Positions 12,101 through 24,100 of a DNA stretch of 64,000 nt are shown here, piece by piece (position 1 is the first letter of the stretch; every line of letters starts with the position of its first letter). The position numbers and the translations under genes were made by a program. The notes below the pieces were generated by a model that saw nothing but the letters and a program-made list of their open reading frames with translations, did no database searches and was not told where the DNA came from. Source of the stretch: Phoronis australis (taxonomy: Eukaryota > Animalia > Phoronida); contig NMRA01000331.1 of the NCBI GenBank assembly GCA_002633005.1, positions 1-64,000 on the forward strand, in the 5' to 3' direction.

Positions 12101-15100
12101 GTATAAGTCAAGACATTTTATCTAACACTCCACCCATTTAAGTAACAACAGTCTCAATTCCGTCAAGTACAAACTCGCCAAGAATATTCTCACATTTGCT
12201 ATAATGAATCAAATAATGATGTGATTCACTAACAATCGAGCTGTAAAAAATCAGCAATAGCGAAATGGAACCGAATGCAAGAGGTAATTCAGGGAATTAA
12301 GACCAAATTCTCGACTTAAATTTCCAGGAGACTGTTCTGTGGCGTTGTTCTATATTTCAACATAAGATTACACTTATAAATGGATACTAGTCACAACCAT
12401 ACCACTCAAATATTTGAAACGAATAACAATCGATAACAATTTCTCACCTTTTTGATCTCCAACAGCAACGGCTTGGTGATTGAAATGTTGTGACTATTTA
12501 CTGTTTTGATTGCTACTAATGCAGCCTATAATTAAAACAAGAAGTCAAATTACAGTTGAGCACTCAGGTGACAATTCTTTTAAATTCCACTAGGGGTCTG
12601 GAAATGCTAAATAACAGTCTCGCTATTTAATATACAATCTGTATAAATGTTGACAAATAAACTTGAGAAGGCAATTTATAGATTATCAATTTTACCTAAA
12701 GGTATCCAGTGTTTTTACTAGAAGCTCGATCAATTCTGATAGTGAGGTGAGGGAACTTCTTGCACACCGCAAGGATGTATATTCCCAGCCGATTTCAAAC
12801 TGCTGTTTGACATGAACAGAGATCACCAAACGTACATTAGACGCCTAGCCGGTCGACAAATACACGAGTCTCTGCTGATTGTTGTTGCTGCACATAAGAG
12901 TAGCATTGTTTTCACAATTTCCAAATGTCATCGCTGCTCCAGATATGATAAAAATTGCACAATCATGTTTTGCCATGGGAATTGAATTGAATCGGTGAGA
13001 TTGGCCAAAAATTGCGACTAGGTATATAAGAGGGCAACTGCTTAGTTTTGTTACTGAGAATCAATTTTCTTGGATATCTGTTCAATACTAATTCTCAACA
13101 CGCGAAATTGTGCACTAAATAACGGGTAGATAAATTATGTAGATCAAATAGGGCAGCTAGATAAAATTCATCACATAATCAATGGGCTCACAACTTGACA
13201 GACACAAAACAGGCATTTCAACTAATTCAACTTTTCCCATTAATCCCTGTATCACCAACAGGAACAGACTGATAACAATCGTGGCATCAGCAAAAGGCTC
13301 ACAACTTGAGGCACAGAATACGCCAACTACAGGCAGATTGAAAAAGTACATGACGCCAACAAAAGACTCACCAGGCTCACAAAGTGAGAGACACAGAACA
13401 AGCATTTCAACTAATTCAACTATTCCCACTAATCGCTGCTCCACCTGCAGGGATAGGCTGATAACAAACATTATGTCAGCAACAGGCTCACAGCTTGAGA
13501 AACGCAGAACCCACATTTCAACTAATTCAACTATTCCCACAAATCGCTATTCCACCTGCAGGCAGACGGATAAAGCACATGGCGCTAGAAAAAGGCTAAT
13601 CAAGCTCACAACTTGACAGACTCAGATCCGGCATTTCAACTTAATTCAACTATTCTCACTCTGCGCTACCTACAGGAACAGACTGATAACAATCATGACA
13701 TCAGCAAAAGGCTCACAACTTGACAGACACAGAACATGCATTTCAACTAATTTAACAATTCCCACTAATCGTTGCGCCACCTGCAGGCAAGTCAGTGACT
13801 CGGGTCTTTCTGTCTCGCATTGCCAGTTATACTTCACATGGCGCTACAATTGGTTGAATTAGTTAAATTAGTTGAATAGCTCAGTGCTGGATAGGTTGAG
13901 CTGACTTGGGATTAGCTGAATTCAACTAATTCCTACTAATCCGTGCGTCACCTGTGGACAGGGAGCTAACTTACATGCTGTCATCCCCAAGCTCAATGTT
14001 AGAGACACCAATTACGCATTTAAACTAATTCAACTATTCCCACTAATCGCTGTGCCACCTGCAGGGGCAGTTTGATAACAAACATGATGTCAGCAACAGG
14101 CTTGCATCAGTGGTGATGACAGGATAAGTTGAGATAAGTTGGGATTAGTTGGGTACAACTAAACATTCTGACATGTATGTAGATTTTATCAGTATTATTA
14201 GTTTTCAGTCCTTTCTTTAGTAACATAACAGTTTTAAAAATATGTTCCAATGTCCCTTGTTTTCGGAAATACACACTATATGTATCAGAATTATTAACTT
14301 TTACTTTCTGAAGAAAAGAGCTACAAGCAATGTGATGAGCTATCCACAGTACATTTCAAAGCCACGTGACAGATGTTGGCCCATTTTTTATCTATCAGAA
14401 AACGTTTATCCGCAAATTTTAGATAGATACCTGGAGTACTTTATCGCAAGTTTTGTAAATGTCACTGTATTCTAAATTTTATTTAATAATTGTAACAAAT
14501 GGTACAAAAAATACGATTAATTATAATACATAAACATGTATACTTTTGGATGAATGCCTCTGAAGAACCAATTTTCAATAAAGCCAGTGAGTCATTAAAT
14601 TATCCGCAAGATTGATGTGAGCAAAGACATGGTTATGGGTACGGAATTTCAAAATTATTTGTTCCAATTGTTAAAAAACATGTCGGTATTATCAGACAGC
14701 GCCTTTTGACTCGAGAATTTCATTGTCAGACATTTTCATGTTTGACAATGAATGACAATGAATGAGGTTTTAAATAGTTACTGAATGTCAAGGGTGTGAT
14801 TTTAGATGTCAAATTCTTGAGCTTAAAGGAGCCATTGGCTTACAAGATTTTAGTAGCTAACAGAATAAAGAAACACAATTTGAAGACTCATTCGAAAAAT
14901 TGTGTCTGTAGTTTACATAAAGTTTTACTAATGAATAAATGGTCACTGTGGTTCCGCGAGTTGAACATTATCTTTCAGAAAGACAACCAGAGGTATTAAA
15001 GGAAGGCCTTCAAACTGAAAAGAGTTAAAAGCACCTCTTTCTAGTTTGATAAGTTTCAAACTGTAATATCTACCTTGTAATAACCCGTTTTTGTGAACAT

Positions 15101-18100
15101 CTGTTTGTTTCCCATGTCACTTAGATGGACAGCCATGGTATCACCAGAGATGTCGCTTTGTATTGACATTTTCTGAAACATAACATCAGCGATGACAACT
15201 CTACATTTGTCTATGACTCTGGAAATGCATTTCCCATTTTCCAGACTAACTCTGAAACTAAGCCTGACTTGGTCAACTACCATATCTTAACGACGACTAT
15301 GCCACCTCAAGTTGTGTAACTTTTGTCAAACCTCAAAAATTTGTTATAAGTTTGAAGACATCTTTCATAGTCTGCTAAATCAGCAACCGTTGAAATGCTT
15401 AGACGAGTTAATGGACCGCTGTGGAAAACGAGAGCCTGACTACAACCACGCGGTTCACTTTGTGGCAAGGTAATGAAGTGGCAAAGGGGAAGTCAACCAT
15501 TCTTAGTGCTCATGTATACATGCCAACTGTTGTTGCATCACGCAAAACCAGGGGGTTAATAGCATTTCGTGAGACAATTGGCAGCTGTTGTTGAATTCCT
15601 TTAAAACTTTGCAGTGATATCAAGTTTGACGTATGAACAAAACGCACTTTTATGCCAAATCGTTTTTGCTGTTAAAGGAGAATGCCACCCGATTTAATTA
15701 GTCTTTTTTGCCGTCTTAATCGGTCTATATCCACATCGCCTCGCATACGGTCGACCTTACCTTGCCAAGAGGTGTCGCGTTAACCTGTGAGGAAGGTGCG
15801 AAACGACGCTAGCGACGTCAGGGGTTCATATGCAGAGTGAATGCCGCTATGTTGCGGTGCATCGCTCCCGCTTGTCCGAACTAAGCAGCTGCGAGGAAAG
15901 CGGGTATATCGTTTTTTTACTTCCTCGAGAGTTCGAAATGCTTAGGAAGTGGCTCGTGGTAGTGAAGAACGAAATGTACGCTGTAAATAGCAAGTATGAG
16001 GCCGTGAAACATCTCCGCGACCCCCCACGACTGAAGCAGATGTGCAGTTTCGTGGCTAATTCACCAACGATAATCACGTGCACATTACTTTGGCTCACTA
16101 GTATAGTATTTTCTTGACTGGAAGTTTAGTTTGCACTGAACTTTGGCTGGTTTATGTTCGTAATGTCTGATAAGTTTTCGAGCCACTGGCCGGGATAACA
16201 ACGAGTCAATCCTGCCGGCCGCGACGGGCCTGATCGGGTTCCGAGCCACTGGCTAGGTTAACAAGCGTTTTGTGTTTAGAACTAAAAAAATCACAAGTCT
16301 AAACAACACAGATCTAGGTTCTCTTGTCTGTATCTCACGGATAATACTTCGAAATTGTCTCCGAACAGACCCCATACCCCTGCTACGAACCTTATTGGCC
16401 TGCCAAACTTTGTAGGCTACGGTGTGTCCAAATACCAGTAAATCCGTAACAGCGAATTAAAACAACACGTTTTTGTAAGAACTCGGTGTACTTTTAAGAG
16501 ATTTACATCGAAGTTTGATGATTTATTGGTGTTAAACGATGACTTCAAGCGATAAGCTGACACCAGTAACCCGTGTTGTGAACATCTGAACAGACTGCGT
16601 GTGAAACCGATGACGTCATTGGATAATTTCAACACGTCCGTCTGCCGTCAGGTGTCAGGTAAAGCAACCGTACGTGTCGTTATGGAGTAGAACTACTCGA
16701 TCTAATTTGATTCAAATTAGGTTGTTTTTTGGGTGGCATGCTCCTTTAAAGGTAAAGCATTTTTAATCTAAAGCTGAATTGGCACAAGCATAAATTTAAA
16801 GTATTTTAGCAATAAAAGCGTTTTAGCTGACACATTTTATCTTAAATGTGTTTTGTTCACGCGACTAAGCTGTTATCTTAAAGAGTCCAATGAATTGACA
16901 TGGCATGATTTACAAACAATATATGTTTAGCGTAATAGATAAATGTTGATTTCCTTAAATAATGAATTATCTACCTCAAATAACAGGTGATTTTTAGGCC
17001 AAAAAAAATTCCAGATATTCATTTACACACTTACTCTGTTCAGACTGAGTCGGCTGCCTATCTTGTTTCGACATTTCGCCATGGTGCTAAATAGTATGTC
17101 GTCCCACCGTATACGCCAATTCATCTCTGCCAACTCAGCTTCCAGCTTGTAATGCCTGCAAGAAAGTTGCTTCACATTTTGAATGTACCATTATACCTGT
17201 ATGTGTTTTCCAGTTGGTCTGTCTACATATCCATATGTTTTAAATAATAAAATGTGTGTATGTGTGCATGCATGTGATTGCGTGTGTGTGACGACACCAC
17301 GATAACAGTAACCCCAAGCCAATACAACAGCATCTACCAGAGTGCATAATAAAACTTGATATTTTCAGTGCACTCAAATACACTATCAAACAGAAACTTC
17401 TGAGGCAAAGGTAATCATACTACAAGCAAACATGGGCTTTTCCTGAGGGAAACATTAAGTTACAGTGCGCGAGGAAGGCGTTACCTGTAGACTAAAAAGG
17501 CAGCCAACAACACCATGAGCAGCAAGGAGCCGAGAACAATGATCACGATACCGTATACAGGAAACTCGTCTGAAATTATAAAAGAAATGCATGTTGCAAT
17601 CTGTATGGATTTAAAATTAATTAACTGCACCTTATTTTCTTGAAATCTTTTTAGCCAGTGCACTATAATTGAACCAGATGATATTTGAGTCGCTTTGAAT
17701 GATGTCGTGGGTTCAATTAGTGGCTAGTTTGGCATCTGTGTATATGAATATGAAAACGTGATTGAGGAAAACTCTCAATTTACAGAATAAAATAGATAAA
17801 CAAAAGAAGCGTTCTGTTTGGCTGCCGCACAGAACAAGTTACTGGCATCAATTGGACATATTTCATTAAACCGTGTCAAAGTCCAAACCAACCAAACAGT
17901 ATCAACAGCACCTCATTTCTGATGTCGTGTTGATAACTGACACGCATTAAAAATGCATGGTCGCGTGATGGCGATATAATTGGAGAGTTTGCAGTTCATT
18001 TGAAGATAATAGTGCCATATTGCAGCACCCCAACTATGTGGAGACAAAGACACCAAGTTTCTCTCAGTTAAAAACAGCTCATTTTGCTGCAAAATGTTTT

Positions 18101-21100
18101 TTAACCAGCCTGAACGCAATGCTAGTACCTGTCCCGATCAAACGGGCAAGAAACAATGAGAACAATCACCTATGGGACACTTAGAGTTGTCAAATCCACA
18201 TGTAGGTGTGTCCGGTGGTGGTTCAGTCCTGTCCCTATTTGCTGACCAGTAGATTTTCTTGTTGGGTATGGGTTCATACTTCTTTCGATTACCATGATAG
18301 TTAGCAACTACCTACATCAAACAGAAGGTGAAGTAGTTAGTACACAGCACTGCATGGCTACTGTATGGGGTGAACATTGCTTTACTTTTCTGCAAATACA
18401 CGCTTGTAAGAGTGACCACTCTCCCTAGTACAAAATTCGTAGTATTCACCAGTACACACATATGGCAACTTTTGATACGGAACGACGGTACGAGTTGACC
18501 TTCAATACCCTATTTACACGGCAGTCATAGAAACTATGGCTGCGATATGCGGTTGGTTTGTAAACCGGAAGTCATCATCGAGAACCAACCACATGTTTGA
18601 GCCGGTTGACCGGCAGACCTGGCAGAGTAAATCAAGTTTAGTTGAAATTGAAGTTGCAGACTGTAAGCCTTTTATGCACGCTTAGAGGTGGCGTCCATAG
18701 ACGCAAGGTATTTACAAGTAAGGCTATTCCGATTACGTCATTGGTCTGTACTGCATGAGATATCTTGAGAAGACTTACATGATCTCTCTTTTCTCGTAAG
18801 AAACTTGATCCATGGGTTGGTTCCCTGCCTAAGCACTAGATGGCGTAGTATCAGCTTGTTTAGGTGGGAAAAACTCGGCTCAATTCGTAACATCTTTGTT
18901 AGAGGAGCCAGGCTTAGAAAACGTGCCATTACAGTTATAGTCACAGGGTTTAACCAGGTTTTGCCGGATAAAGTTTTTTCTTGGCTGTTCATGTAGCCTA
19001 GGGTTAGGTAACCATGATTTAAGAGGGTGATCGTTCGCAACCCTTGAGCATTTTTTTAAATATGCAAAATAATGTCGCCATTATGCAAAATTCTAGTTTT
19101 GCTTATAATTTCCTTACCAAGCACTGCATCTCGATAATTTTGGCATTTTTACCCATGTTTTCATGGTCAACAAATTTAATAGTGCAAGTTTTTAGGTGAA
19201 TACATTGTCAATTTGCATAATTCATGCAAATTAAGACCGCCATTATGCAAAATTCTATTTTTGCTTATAATTTCCTTATCAAGCACTGCAGCCAGATAAT
19301 TTTGACGTTTTTACCCATGTTTCCATGGTCAACGAATTTAATAGTACAAGTTTTTTGGTGACTTCATTGTCAGTTTGCATAATTTATGAAAATTACAATT
19401 TGCAAAATTTATTCTAATTAAGACCGCTATTATTAAAAATTCTTCTTGTGTTAATAGCTACTGTATCATGCACCGCAGATGAACTATCATAATATTTGTA
19501 CCCATATTCTTTTGGTCAGCTACTTTAATGAAATCGCTTTGCATGTTGTTGCATGATAATTTTGTATAATTACTGCAAATTTGCAAAACTAATGCAAATT
19601 AAGGTCGCTATTATTCCAAATTCTACTAGTGCTTATAGCTACTTGTGCTTATAGCTGCGGTACCAAGAACCACATGTAAACTCTCATAGTATTTGAACCT
19701 ATGTTCCTATGGGCAGTAAATAAAGGCAGCCATTATCAAAAATTCTGTTTCTGTTCGTACATGTAACTTTCTTGGATTGTTACATCTTCTAATGTTTTCA
19801 GGTACTTGTGACGCTAAACTAAAACGCACACAGTACCTGGAATTCTGCAGTTTCAGATCTTCGCATTCTGTTAACCCCTGCGCGCTCAAACTGACTTCCG
19901 TGCTGATACTGCTAACGATAATATTGCGTAAATAGCACTGATCAACAGGCACCATGACACCCAGTTCCATGTCAATCGTTTGTCGTTTAAAAGCACATTT
20001 AGCAGTCCGGCCGCACCTGTGGCGAACAACGTGTGGCGACTTCAAAGCAGTATTCAAGCAGAACGTTTTCATAGTGCACTCTGATTGCAAAAATGTTTTT
20101 CACCCAACTTAAGCATGGACAAAATAATCCATTCATACTGTATAGGACGGTCGGTAAATCGTGCTTTGGGCATGCGTACTTCGCGTTTCAAAGAGAATGC
20201 AATCTATCCAAGGTTCACGTTTCGTATTCCATAGACGGGGGTCTCAGAGTGTTTTGGGTATGAAAAGTTAACCAATTTTCTTTGTTGCCACAGTGCTCTA
20301 TAGGTATTCTCATGCTAGGAAATGGCCGTGTGGCAGGTTGTGGTCAAGGGAGCCAAGAGAATTGCACTAACAATTGGGTTAGATCAACTTTTGTGATATC
20401 CACTTAAAACTACCTTCAGTACCTACTACGTAATCTACTGTATCACTGCCAGACAATTTCAGTGGTGGGAAGTATCAGCCAGACGATTATAAACAGAATA
20501 TAAAATTGAGCTAGATAGACTCAAGAGGTATAACCGCATGAAAACACGCAAAACATTCACTGTAAGCCCAGGTATCACGAATAAACACTGCCAGACAATG
20601 GGTTACTTGAGCTAGATCAACCCACCAGATAACCGTTTGAAAACAATTGCATGATGTTCAGGGTCAGTGCACATGGCACAACAGTAAGATGCCAGACAAT
20701 TGCAGTGGCGAGGTGTCCCTGCCAGACAAATTATAAAGAGCTAAAACAAAATTCATAATAAGATCATTTGCAGTGAATAAGTACCAAATTGATGAACCAA
20801 TTTTCAATAAAGCCAGTGACTCTGTACGACATAGGTCTACGCAAGGTGATATTTTTGTCTGCGAGTTTATGTGAGCGCATGAAAACCATCGCGCCTGAGG
20901 TTGGAGAGACTTCACAAGTCTATGAAACAGCAAAGGAATAACCAACATGATATATTCTGATTCACCATTAAGAGAGTCTTGACAATTGTGGGTAAGTAGT
21001 TCTACAATATCATTTTTCAAGTGTGATGACTGTCAATTAGTAGCGTGATTTCAAACAGGTGGATTACAGTTAGGCATTCCTGACTAAGGCCATCGATTGA

Positions 21101-24100
21101 TCATTGAACATAGGCCCAGGCCATGGGTAAATCAACCTTCACGTGTGTCGTGAGGCATCTACAGTGAAGATGAATGGAATACCCCATACTCGGGCCATCG
21201 ATTGATCATTGAAAATATATCCAGGCTATTCTCTGGGTAAATAAACCTTCATGTATGCCCTGGGACATGTATATACACTAAAGATGAATAGAATTCTTAA
21301 TCAAAACATGACGTATTTATTAAGAGGGGAGCTTTGCACAGGTATGCCATCTTTAGTGACAAACGTTTGTTTCTCCTGAAAATGTTGTCGACCATCCCCA
21401 CGGTCATTCTAGATGTGCCGGCGTCACTTTTACATATTCAAGTGCATTCGTACATTAGATTCAAACACATGGCAAAATGTACTGGCACAACTTCAGTGTT
21501 TGCTTATAATTTTGACTGGATATCTGTAGTAATGCAAAATTGCCTGTTCGTTTTCAGCATCATCTTGTATAAATGTAGGTGAAATACAACCGAGGATGGT
21601 GGAAAATTGTCAGAAATGACTACTGGTAACTCCTTTTTTTGTATATTTGGATCTCTGGTCAATAAATTCTTGTTTCATATAATCTATAAATGATTTGCCG
21701 ATAGTGCAGGGAAAGAGATAAAAACATATTTTGACCAATGTTTTACTATTTCTGACAGCATTACGCATAATTCCAGCTTATGAATATCTTGAGGATTAAC
21801 CTTAAATAACGGAAATAATCGGAAATGAATGAACAGGATCCCAGACTCAAAGATTCGCCTCAACTCTCAAGCAGTGCACTCAATATAAATGATCAGCAGG
21901 TAATGAAAATATAGTTTTTACTATTTAATGAAAGCACTGTTTGTTTTAACCGTCGTTTTGTTGAGTCCACCGATGTTTCTCGGCCCCTGTATTACCTCGT
22001 TTCTATATTCAGCCCTTTGTTTCCCCATCTCAGTGCTTTCCCTACCCTACATTCTCCGCAGTCCAGATGTTCCTCCAGCACTATGTTCCCCTGCCCCGAT
22101 GTTCACTCGACCATAACCAATTTCTAAATATCGGTAGTCAATTTCTTTGCATTAATTATCTAATTTATAGATCTAGCGACTGAAAACCGCGAGGATCACG
22201 GCCAATTATAAGCATTATTAAGATGTGACTTTAACTGCAAACAAATTGCGTTGGCCTGTTATCATTATTAAACTGCTTTACCTGATTATCTGTAAACATC
22301 AACTGTTAACCGAATATAATTCCAAGCGCCCCATTTGTAAGATGCAAGCGCAGACATGTGACACGCATTTTTCTTAGAAAGTTGAGTGCTTTTTGGTTAC
22401 CATTTGGCATAAATGCTCCTGAAGCCTATCGAAATATCACCCTTTAAATGACGAAATTAAATTAATGAAAAGGGTGTACAGCTGGATGTGGGAACAGAGT
22501 CAAGGAACATAAGGCCAGGGTAACGTGGGAACATGGGGACTGGGAAACATCGGGAGGGCAGAAAATTGGTTGAGGAACACAGGGAAACAGGGATGATAGG
22601 GAACGGGAACAGTGGGCCGACCAATATTCAGGGCAAAATGAAACTGACAGATATAAAACCAAGAGCAACGCGGAGCGTTGAAATGTCCCAAGAATGCATT
22701 GCAAGTGGTGTGCCTTTAGGGTTGTTTATTTGTGTCATAAAAATGGACACTAGGTGGCGCAAAAAGGTACAATCCATCCGAAAACGGGAACATGTCATTT
22801 CATCTTTAATGGAAAGCTATACACCGAATTTCGTAGAAATACGTCACTGAAATTCAGAGAAACAAATGAAAACAAATTGAAATGAAATTGCCACTAGGGG
22901 GCACACTGTTCATTGGATCCGCTTGAATGTCGTCATTGTCTGATGTTAGCATCATACAAATACACTTACTAACTAAATTGAATACAGATCCTGCAGTGGG
23001 TTTAGGAGATACAGCAATTGGCGCATAACAGAATCACCACAAGGAGGCGCGACAGTAGTCAAAGTTGTCATCGTTAACCGTCCTCTTCACACTGAGAACA
23101 AACCTTCCTTAAAATGATTTGGTTGATAGAGAGGTAAACGCCAAAAAACAGACAGACTCGAAAACAGCAAAAATGGCCACTAGGAATCGCAAAAAACCTC
23201 GATTCCATCCTAAAACCGGAGGATAGCGTCATCTCATTTTGTGACACTGAGGTAAACATAAAACTAAAATTGCCACCAGGGGGGCACACCAGTAGTCAGA
23301 TCCATCCGAAAATCCTCGTCATCCGTTATCAACATCACATAAACACACTTGTTAAATTTAGTAAAGATCCTGAAACGGTTTAGGAGATATAGCCATAGGC
23401 GCAAAAAAGCCACTAGGAAGCACCACAGAACTAAAAGTCGTCGGAAAGTCATCGTCAACCGTCCTCTTTATAGTAAGAACGTACATCTTTAGAGCAGTTT
23501 GGTTGAAAGAGGGGTGGACGCTAAAAATAGACTCGAAAACAGTAAAAATGACCACTAGGTGGCGCAAACTACGTCGAATTCCTCCGAAAACCAGAGGATA
23601 TTGTTGGCTCACTAATGGATGCCTATATACCAAATTTTGTGAAAACATGTTGAGGGCCTTTTAAGATACAGAGGCAAGCGTAAAAAATAAAATTGCCACT
23701 AGGGGGCACACCGGTAGTTGGATCCGTGCGAAAGTTCGCTCATGCCGTCCCATCTATAAAAGGAACATATGTGCAAAATTTCATGAACATTCGTTAATCG
23801 GTTTTAGAGGTAGAGCAGCGGACGCCGGACGGACGGACGCCGGACGGACGGAGATGACGGCATATCGATAATGCGCCCACATATAAATATGTGGGCACAT
23901 AAAAAACGAATGAACGTTTTTCATTCCATGTTCTTGAAAACAAAGGTAAGATATGCTGTTCCATCTGCCAAACATCAACCAGCGAGGACAGCAAGCTGAA
24001 AACTTTAAACGAAAACACTAGGTCAATTAAGACGGAAGAACGTCATGCTGCTTAAAAATGAAATGTGACTCCCTTGTTACGCAAAGACTAGTGAAAGCTG

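Noticed and set aside
13157-13616. Overlapping 127-aa and 144-aa repetitive ORFs
   Set aside because: Translations of a tandem DNA repeat; neighbouring units contain stops and frameshifts.
22747-23709. CRISPR-like array
   Set aside because: Eukaryotic intron, spacers are ~130 bp and homologous to one another, no cas genes.
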